From a virus (Duplodnaviria; Heunggongvirae; Uroviricota; Caudoviricetes): 5,159 nucleotides of DNA. The notes below the pieces were generated by a model. It did not search any database. It was not told the DNA's origin and saw only the letters and a program-made list of their open reading frames with translations. The DNA is taken from positions 1 to 5,159 of the IMG/VR virus record IMGVR_UViG_2698536403_000005, one strand, 5' to 3'. The position numbers were made by a program, and so were the translations under genes. Positions 1 through 5,158 of this stretch are shown here, piece by piece. Position 1 is the first letter of the stretch, and each line of letters opens with the position of its first letter.

Positions 1-363
1 GTGGATGGTAAACCTGTCGTCCCGGGCATGAAGTTGTCGAAGGAAAAATGCGACCAGGTTAACGCCATTGAACGTGATAAGGCGCTGGCATGGGTGGAGA
101 AAAACATCAGAGTGCCACTGACCGAACCCCAGAAAGCGGGGATTGCGTCATTCTGTCCGTACAACATTGGTCCCGGTAAGTGTTTCCCGTCTACGTTTTA
201 CAGACGAATTAATGCAGGTGATCGAAAAGGTGCCTGCGAAGCGATTCGCTGGTGGATTAAGGACGGTGGCAGAGACTGCCGTATTCGTTCAAACAACTGT
301 TACGGTCAGGTATCCCGTCGTGACCAGGAGAGCGCGCTGGCGTGCTGGGGAATTGACAGATAA
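1..363 (+). CDS. R: Phage endolysin, lysozyme type (P21 R / P22 gp19-like); C-terminal 120 codons only, N-terminus lies upstream of the window
   Basis: Open frame from window edge to TAA at 361-363. Translation (…FCPYNIGPGKCFPSTFYRRINAGDRKGACEAIRWWIKDGG…CWG) follows the conserved pattern of lambdoid lysozyme-type endolysins as I recall them (…SF.YN.G.G.F..ST…RIN.GD.KGAC…R.W…GG…C.WG). Sits directly upstream of Rz/Rz1, the canonical lysis cassette order. The GTG at position 1 is a window artefact, not the real start. Confidence 0.85.
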   Translation: MDGKPVVPGMKLSKEKCDQVNAIERDKALAWVEKNIRVPLTEPQKAGIASFCPYNIGPGKCFPSTFYRRINAGDRKGACEAIRWWIKDGGRDCRIRSNNCYGQVSRRDQESALACWGIDR

Positions 364-452
364 GCAGAATATTTTGCTGAAAAATGCGGTTTGCTCACAC
401 GGGCGGATAACACGAAATCCTGCGAACTGGCAAAAACTAAGTGAATAAAAGT

Positions 453-490
453 AAAACCCCGTTTGTTGGCCGCAAGCGGGGTTTTGTGTT
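453..490 (+). terminator. Stable hairpin followed by a T-rich tract (putative intrinsic terminator or RNA structure) between endolysin and spanin genes
   Basis: AAAACCCCG (453-461) pairs with CGGGGTTTT (477-485); the stem can extend inward (463-465 with 473-475), followed by TTTTGTGTTT. Seen directly in the sequence; function is inferred. Confidence 0.35.
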
Positions 491-557
491 TCCTGACTCC
501 GGAAAAGTCAAAGGAGAAAGTGTGTTTGATTTTAGCAAACTGATTCGGGAGATTCGA

Positions 558-659
558 ATGATGGCTGAAAAATTATCCACCTGGAAGTTCATCCTTATCT
601 GGCTGGTGTTTGTGATTATGGCTTCCGGTTATTTCATTGGTCAGATACGCTGGTGGTGA
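558..659 (+). CDS. Small hydrophobic peptide (33 aa, single predicted transmembrane helix), unknown function
   Basis: ATG at 558 preceded by GGGAGA (547-552) with a 5-nt spacer; translation MMAEKLSTWKFILIWLVFVIMASGYFIGQIRWW has an ~18-residue hydrophobic core. Stop TGA 657-659 lies 1 nt before the Rz ATG at 661, consistent with translational coupling. The longer 441 start in the ORF track would span the hairpin, so the 558 start is preferred. Confidence 0.35.
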   Translation: MMAEKLSTWKFILIWLVFVIMASGYFIGQIRWW

Positions 660-660
660 A

Positions 661-1128
661 ATGAACCGCGTACTGTGCGTGGTCATCATTGCCCTGCTGG
701 TGGCCTGTGGTGCGCTTAGTCTGGGGCTGAATCATTACCGTGATAACGCCATAACCTACAAAGAGCAGCGCGATAAAAAAGTCAGTGAGCTGGAGCTGGC
801 AAATGCAACCATTACTGATATGCAGCAGCGCCAGCGTGATGTTGCTGCACTTGATGCCAGATACTCGAGGGAATTAGCCGATGCGAGAGCTGAAAATGAA
901 ACTCTGCGTGCTGATGTTGCCGCTGGTCGTAAGCGCCTGCGGATCAACGCCACCTGCTCCGGTACCGTGCGTGAAGCCACCGGCACCTCCGGAATGGATA
1001 ATGCAACCGGCCCCCGACTGGCAGACACCGCTGAACGGGATTATTTCACCCTCAGAGAGCGGTTGATGACAATGCAGAAGCAACTGGAAGGGGCGCAGGA
1101 CTATATCCGCACTCAGTGTATTAACTAG
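661..1128 (+). CDS. Rz: Rz i-spanin (inner-membrane spanin subunit)
   Basis: Translation MNRVLCVVIIALLVACGALSLGLNHYRDNAITYKEQRDK…RLADTAERDYFTLRERLMTMQKQLEGAQDYIRTQC is collinear with lambda Rz as I recall it (…NHYRDNAITYKAQRDK…PRLADTAERDYFTLRERLITMQKQLEG…). N-terminal TM segment followed by a coiled-coil-like periplasmic part. The ORF track's 637 start is a TTG; the ATG at 661 is preferred. Confidence 0.9.
   Translation: MNRVLCVVIIALLVACGALSLGLNHYRDNAITYKEQRDKKVSELELANATITDMQQRQRDVAALDARYSRELADARAENETLRADVAAGRKRLRINATCSGTVREATGTSGMDNATGPRLADTAERDYFTLRERLMTMQKQLEGAQDYIRTQCIN
881..1066 (+). CDS. Rz1: Rz1 o-spanin (outer-membrane lipoprotein) embedded in the +1 frame of Rz
   Basis: Translation MRELKMKLCVLMLPLVVSACGSTPPAPVPCVKPPAPPEWIMQPAPDWQTPLNGIISPSESG matches lambda Rz1 (…CVKPPPPPAWIMQPPPDWQTPLNGIISPSERG). 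Lipobox LVVSAC with Cys at ~20, proline-rich, entirely nested inside Rz — the hallmark embedded spanin architecture. Confidence 0.85.
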   Translation: MRELKMKLCVLMLPLVVSACGSTPPAPVPCVKPPAPPEWIMQPAPDWQTPLNGIISPSESG

Positions 1129-1151
1129 TATTTTTGTTATCCGGAGAATGC

Positions 1152-1376
1152 ATGAAGAAATTACTGGTAACCGTAAAGCCTTTTCAGGGAACAATTCCGT
1201 TCCGTATTTTGCAGCGTGGTCGTGTTCTTGTTGAAGGTTCGTTCAGTGGTAAATGTACGCAATTACACTCCCGGACCTTTCAGGTGAATGCCACGAATGA
1301 AGAGCTAACCGTGGAGTGTACGATGAATGCCGCTAAATGCCGCATGGTATCCGCTGCATTACAGCCAGTGTGTTGA
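1152..1376 (+). CDS. Hypothetical small protein (74 aa), unknown function
   Basis: ATG at 1152 preceded by GGAGA (1143-1147); ORF ends at 1376. Lies immediately after Rz/Rz1 in the position where lambdoid phages carry accessory genes. No family recognised; four Cys residues. The ORF track start at 1134 is a TTG. Confidence 0.35.
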   Translation: MKKLLVTVKPFQGTIPFRILQRGRVLVEGSFSGKCTQLHSRTFQVNATNEELTVECTMNAAKCRMVSAALQPVC

Positions 1377-1656
1377 GCGACCTTATTATCCATGCGCGGT
1401 ATTGTCGCCGTATTCCTGCATTAACAGAGACCGCAGCCCGACAGGGAGACTCCTCTGCGAGAGTGTGCGGGATAATCAAAAACGATACACACCGGGGTTT
1501 ACCGCGTTAACGGAGCGCGGCGTTGTCCCCTCATGGTCGCTGGTCCGGTGCGATGGTGGAAGAAACCGGACGATGTGTTACCTCGCAAGCTCTGTTATGT
1601 CATGTGTCTGATTTGTGATTTAAGTCGGATAATTGTCGTTGCCATTAAGCAGAGGA

Positions 1657-1700
1657 TTGATGACCGACAGGGTGGCATTGTTAGAATAAGACTTATTCTT
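1657..1700 (+). promoter_or_regulatory. Candidate sigma70 promoter with extended -10 (TGtTAGAAT, 1679-1687) and TTGATG -35-like hexamer (1657-1662), overlapping the palindrome GAATAAGaCTTATTC (1684-1698)
   Basis: Motifs read directly from the sequence; spacing of -35 to -10 is ~19 nt, which is suboptimal. Sits 25-30 nt upstream of the TonB-like gene start at 1714. Prediction only. Confidence 0.25.
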
Positions 1701-1713
1701 ATCTGTGCCGGGA

Positions 1714-2046
1714 ATGAAAATGAAAAGAAATCTTCCGTTAATTATTTTGTTGTCTTCTCTGGTTATGGGCTGTACGCAACATAAAACAGATATGCCCCGA
1801 CAGTTGGTTAAGGCATTACCACAATATCCGGCCTATGCAGCGGCAAATTATATAAAGGGACGGGTTGATGTGAAGTTTGATATTGGTGCTGATGGTACTG
1901 TCACCCGAATTGAGTTTATCCGTTCAGAGCCGCACCATCTGTTTGATGAGCAGGTTGTAAAGGCGATGGCAAAATGGCGATTTGAGAAGGACAGGCCGCG
2001 TAAAGGCGTGAAGAAAACGTTTATCTTTAGTCCTTCTGCACCCTGA
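1714..2046 (+). CDS. Lipoprotein consisting essentially of a TonB C-terminal domain (TonB_C-like)
   Basis: N-terminus MKMKRNLPLIILLSSLVMGC has a signal peptide plus lipobox (Cys followed by Thr, no Asp at +2). The rest, PQYPAYAAANYIKGRVDVKFDIGADGTVTRIEFIRSEPHHLFDEQVVKAMAKWRFEKDRP, aligns closely with the E. coli TonB C-terminal domain as I recall it ([60 protein letters not shown]). No proline-rich spacer and no N-terminal ExbBD-interacting TM anchor. Start could be 1714 or 1720; stop TGA 2044-2046. Confidence 0.8.
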   Translation: MKMKRNLPLIILLSSLVMGCTQHKTDMPRQLVKALPQYPAYAAANYIKGRVDVKFDIGADGTVTRIEFIRSEPHHLFDEQVVKAMAKWRFEKDRPRKGVKKTFIFSPSAP

Positions 2047-2177
2047 TTATTTCATCAGAAATTAATTATCACTCTGTTGTTATTCTGTACATTCCGGCTG
2101 GGTAAGTCTTGTTCCGCCGGGTATGAAGATGAAATATTGTTGGAGGACAGTGGGTGCTTGCTCCTGTAACCGAACGT

Positions 2178-2378
2178 TCATTTCTCGTTATTTGTCATGC
2201 TGGCCGGGCGCAGATGCGTTGCATCTGTTGACAGCCTTCTTCTGCAGGCTTCAATAACCCACGCTGAAAAGTTTCCTGAACCTTTCAGATCAAGAGCGAT
2301 GTTAATTTGTTCAATCATCTGGTTTGGAAATCGGATGTTGCGGGTTGTTGTTCTGCGGGTTCTGTTCTTTGATGACAT
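2178..2378 (-). CDS. Small putative DNA-binding protein (ribbon-helix-helix / Arc-MetJ-like fold suspected), 66 aa
   Basis: Minus-strand ATG (complement of 2376-2378) preceded by GGGGA at appropriate spacing. Translation MSSKNRTRRTTTRNIRFPNQMIEQINIALDLKGSGNFSAWVIEACRRRL… has a basic N-terminal tail, then a beta-strand-like IRFP segment and two helices in the pattern of RHH proteins. Family assignment is from pattern only. Confidence 0.5.
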   Translation of the reverse strand: MSSKNRTRRTTTRNIRFPNQMIEQINIALDLKGSGNFSAWVIEACRRRLSTDATHLRPASMTNNEK

Positions 2379-2539
2379 AATGTTTCCCCATATTCAGTGT
2401 TGCTGATTTGTATTATCTGAAGTTGCTTTTACGTTAATTTGACGCAGATCAATTAATACGATACCTGCGTCATAATTGATTATTTCTCGTGGTTTGATGG
2501 CGTACACACATGTTGTGATAAACCTTATATAGATGATAA

Positions 2540-2601
2540 TCATTATCATTTCGTGGGTCCTTTCCGGCGATCCGACCGGTTACGGGGCGGCGACCTCGCG
2601 G
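2540..2601 (+). other. cos: cos site core: cosQ-proximal region and cosN; 12-nt cohesive-end sequence GGGCGGCGACCT at 2585-2596
   Basis: The stretch ~2385-2630 is near-identical to the lambda right-end/left-end junction as I recall it from lambda and cosmid cos fragments (…GGTCCTTTCCGGTGATCCGACAGGTTACG|GGGCGGCGACCTCGCGGGTTTTCGCTATTTATGAAAATTTT…). Here it reads …gggtcctttccggcgatccgaccggttacg|gggcggcgacctcgcgggttttcgctatttatgaaaattttt…. Location immediately upstream of Nu1 is canonical. Confidence 0.75.
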
Positions 2602-2635
2602 GTTTTCGCTATTTATGAAAATTTTTAGGGAAAAA

Positions 2636-2750
2636 TCAGATCCGTTCTTCTTCTTTTTAACTGATTGATTATCAATAGAATTTTAAAAATATAAAAGGAT
2701 CTGACAAAGGCTGTTTTTGTTAGAAAACGCCATTTTCAGATCCTTTCTGG
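2636..2750 (+). repeat. cosB: three R-element repeats (R3 2636-2650 tcagatccgttcttc; R2 inverted 2694-2704 aaaggatctga; R1 2736-2750 tcagatcctttctgg) with an IHF-consensus site (taactgattgatt, 2658-2670) between R3 and R2
   Basis: Three copies of TCAGATCC(G/T)TTCT, two direct and one inverted, with R3-R1 spacing of 100 bp. This mirrors the lambda cosB R3-I1-R2-R1 layout, but the repeat sequence differs from lambda's CGTTTCC(G/T)TTCT. The IHF-like site matches YAANNNNTTGATW. Confidence 0.6.
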
Positions 2751-2765
2751 TTCCCGGGGGAGTGT

Positions 2766-2855
2766 ATGAACGTCAATAAGAAAAAACTGGCCGATATTTT
2801 TGGCGTTGATGTCAGGACCATCACCGCCTGGCAGAGTCAGGGGTTCTGCTGCTGA
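2766..2855 (+). pseudogene. nu1: Terminase small subunit (Nu1) remnant: first ~26 codons intact, then out-of-frame junction and TGA stop
   Basis: ATG 2766; [26 protein letters not shown] matches lambda Nu1 N-terminus MEVNKKQLADIFGASIRTIQNWQEQG (the DNA-binding winged-HTH start); then FCC-stop at 2853-2855. Lambda Nu1 is ~181 aa, so ~155 codons are missing. Confidence 0.8.
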
Positions 2856-4449
2856 AGATTTTATGAAATCTCATGTGGAACCCACGATCAGGGATGTGCC
2901 GGTTTTACTCGATCTTGCACCGTGGTTTGGGCGTAAACATCGTGATAATACCCTCACGCTGAAACGTTTTTCATCGGGCGTGGGCTTCTGGTGCCTGGGC
3001 GGGGCTGCCGCTAAAAACTACCGTGAAAAATCCGTGGACGTGGTCTGCTATGACGAACTTTCCTCGTTCGAACCGGATGTCGAAAAAGAGGGTTCGCCAA
3101 CCCTGCTTGGGGATAAACGTATTGAGGGCTCTGTATGGCCCAAATCCATTCGCGGCTCGACGCCTAAAATCAAAGGCACCTGCCAGATCGAAAAAGCGGC
3201 CAACGAGTCGGCGCATTTCATGCGTTTTTATGTGCCCTGCCCACACTGTGGGGAGGAGCAGTATCTGAAATTTGGCGATGAATCCACGCCTTTTGGCCTT
3301 AAATGGGAGAAGGACAGCCCCGAAAGCGTTTTCTACCTCTGTGAACATCATGGCTGCGTGATCCATCAGTCTGAGCTTGACCAGAGCAACGGGCGGTGGA
3401 TCTGTGAAAACACGGGGATGTGGACCCGTGACGGTCTGACGTTTTTCAGCGCCGCGGATAATGAAATTCCGCCGCCGCGCTCCATCACGTTCCATATCTG
3501 GACGGCGTACAGTCCGTTCACCACCTGGGTACAGATAGTCTATGACTGGCTGGATGCACTGAAAGATCCCAACGGCCTGAAAACCTTTGTGAACACCACG
3601 CTGGGCGAGACCTGGGAAGAGGCCGTGGGCGAAAAACTCGATCACCAGGTACTGATGGATAAGGTCGTGCATTACACGGCGGCGGTGCCAGCCCGGGTGG
3701 TTTATCTGACGGCGGGCATTGACTCGCAGCGAAACCGTTTTGAGATGTATGTCTGGGGATGGGCACCGGGAGAGGAAGCTTTTCTGGTGGATAAAATCAT
3801 CATTATGGGCCGTCCCGATGAGGAAGAGACGCTGTTACGTGTGGATGCGGCGATCAACAAAAAATACTGCCATGCAGACGGAACCGAAATGACCATTTCC
3901 CGTGTCTGCTGGGACACCGGGGGGATCGATGGTGAAATTGTCTATCAGAGGTCAAAAAAACACGGTGTTTTCCGGGTGCTGCCGGTAAAAGGCGCATCTG
4001 TCTATGGCAAGCCGGTGATCACCATGCCGAAAACCCGCAATCAGCGGGGCGTGTATCTGTGTGAAGTGGGGACGGACACCGCAAAAGAAATTCTCTATGC
4101 CCGTATGAAAGCCGATCCCACGTCTGCGGATGAAGCCACGTCGTATGCCATCCGTTTTCCTGATGATCCGGAGATTTTTTCGCAGACAGAGGCGCAGCAA
4201 CTGGTCGCGGAAGAGCTTGTGGAGAAGTGGGAAAAAGGAAAGATGCGTCTGCTGTGGGATAACAAAAAGCGGCGTAACGAAGCGCTGGACTGCCTGGTGT
4301 ATGCCTACGCGGCATTACGTGTGTCCGTGCAACGCTGGCAGCTTGATCTGGCTGTACTGGCAAAATCCCGGGAAGAAGAGACGACCCGGCCAACCCTTAA
4401 AGAACTGGCAGCGAAGCTGTCCGGAGGAGTGAATGGTTACAGTCGCTGA
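2848..4449 (+). pseudogene. A: Terminase large subunit (gpA) homologue lacking the N-terminal ~105-110 residues
   Basis: From [40 protein letters not shown]… to the end, the translation is collinear with lambda gpA from about residue 105 (DAENFMKTHVEPTIRDIPSLLALAPWYGKKHRDNTLTMKRF…), including CPHCGEEQYLKFGD, HIWTAYSPFTTWVQIV and KKRRNEALDC. The Nu1-interaction region and the N-terminal part of the packaging ATPase are absent. The only upstream in-frame starts are TTG 2800 and ATG 2809 without a Shine-Dalgarno; ATG 2863 lies 8 nt after the Nu1-remnant stop. Confidence 0.8.
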
Positions 4450-4639
4450 ACTACAGGCGCTGCGTCAGGCGCGCCTTGATTTATTAACCGGTAAACGGGT
4501 GGTGTCTGTCCAGAAAGATGGTCGCAGAATTGAATATACGGCGGCTTCTCTGGATGAGCTTAACCGGGCGATCAATGATGCGGAGTCGGTACTGGGGACA
4601 ACCCGACGTCGCCGTCGTCCGCTGGGAGTGAGGTTATGA
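4433..4639 (+). CDS. W: gpW-like head completion protein
   Basis: MVTVAELQALRQARLDLLTGKRVVSVQKDGRRIEYTAASLDELNRAINDAE…TTRRRRRP matches lambda W (…[38 protein letters not shown]…QRRRGP). ATG 4433 preceded by GGAGGA; the start overlaps the end of A and the stop overlaps the B start (ATGA at 4636-4639), as in lambda. Confidence 0.85.
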   Translation: MVTVAELQALRQARLDLLTGKRVVSVQKDGRRIEYTAASLDELNRAINDAESVLGTTRRRRRPLGVRL

Positions 4640-4857
4640 AACGAACGCCTGTCCTGATTGATGTGAACGGCGTTCCGCTTCGTGAGAGTCTCAGCTACAA
4701 CGGGGGCGGCGCAGGATTTGGCGGGCAAATGGCGGAGTGGTTGCCACCGGCGCAGAGTGCCGATGCGGCCCTGCTATGCGCGGGTTTTCTTTTGCGCGCT
4801 CGGGCGCGAGATGGGGGCAGCAAGTCTTTCGGTACCACAACAGCAGGTACAGCTTGA
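4636..4857 (+). pseudogene. B: Portal protein (gpB) remnant: ~47 N-terminal codons homologous to portal, then frameshifted junk to stop
   Basis: MKRTPVLIDVNGVPLRESLSYNGGGAGFGGQMAEWLPPAQSADAALL matches lambda B N-terminus (…SLREYAGYHGGGSGFGGQLRSWNPPSESVDAALL…); after ~4773 the frame no longer resembles portal and stops at 4857. Lambda portal is ~533 aa. Confidence 0.75.
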
Positions 4858-5158
4858 TGCTCCCGGAATGCTGGCTGAAACGGACGAGTACATGGCCGGA
4901 GGTAAACGACCGGCCCGTGTTTACCGGGTGGTGAACGGTATTGCGGTACTGCCGGTGAGCGGCACGCTGGTGCACCGGCTGGGGGGGATGCGGCCATTTT
5001 CCGGAATGACTGGCTATGACGGCATTGTCGCCTGTCTTCAGCAGGCAATGGCAGATAGCCAGGTGCGGGGCATACTGCTGGACATTGACAGTCCGGGCGG
5101 GCAGGCCGCCGGCGCGTTTGACTGCGCTGACATGATTTACCGCCTCCGTCAGCAGAAG
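4775..5158 (+). pseudogene. C: Head protease/scaffold gpC homologue (peptidase S49-like) lacking first ~25 codons; runs off the window end
   Basis: In the frame starting at 4775: YARVFFCAL…RVYRVVNGIAVLPVSGTLVHRLGGMRPFSGMTGYDGIVACLQQAMADSQVRGILLDIDSPGGQAAGAFDCADMIYRLRQQK, collinear with lambda C from residue ~26 (AYARVFFCALAGQ…SYQVMNGIAVLPVSGTLVSRTRALQPYSGMTGYNGIIARLQQAASDPMVDGILLDMDTPGGMVAGAFDCADIIARVRD). This frame is not in the supplied ORF track, which appears to omit ORFs with no stop inside the window. Confidence 0.75.

Noticed and set aside
143-448. 101-aa + strand ORF overlapping the endolysin gene in another frame
   Set aside because: Lies almost entirely inside the well-supported endolysin reading frame; Arg/Thr/Val-rich translation with no recognisable features.
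441-659. 72-aa version of the small ORF starting at 441
   Set aside because: The start codon immediately follows the endolysin stop region and the frame runs through the terminator-like hairpin; the internal ATG at 558 with a clear Shine-Dalgarno is more plausible.
756-1194. Minus-strand ORFs 756-1028 and 874-1194 overlapping Rz/Rz1
   Set aside because: Antisense to two well-supported overlapping genes; low-complexity Ser/Ala/Arg-rich translations typical of shadow frames.
1327-1784. Plus-strand ORFs 1327-1611 and 1533-1784
   Set aside because: They overlap each other and neighbouring genes, have no ribosome-binding sites and odd composition (Cys/Trp/Arg-rich); treated as non-coding or decayed sequence.
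2085-2135. Weak inverted repeat CCGGC…GCCGG between the convergent TonB-domain and RHH-like genes as a bidirectional terminator
   Set aside because: Only a 5-bp stem with a ~17-nt loop and no flanking T-tract; too weak to call.
2197-2406. 69-aa + strand ORF antisense to the RHH-like gene
   Set aside because: Complement of a better-supported minus-strand gene with a proper RBS; no start-site signals.
2971-4393. Several minus-strand ORFs (2971-3672, 3518-3766, 3702-3917, 3952-4200, 4019-4393) and + strand ORFs 3023-3268 and 4130-4432 inside the terminase A region
   Set aside because: All lie within the gpA-homologous frame, whose translation is collinear with lambda gpA over >500 residues; these are shadow frames in GC-rich coding DNA.
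4465-5048. Minus-strand ORFs 4465-4728, 4691-4975, 4695-5048 and + strand ORF 4737-4934
   Set aside because: They overlap the W, B-remnant and C-homologous frames; Pro/Arg/Ala-rich translations without family resemblance.
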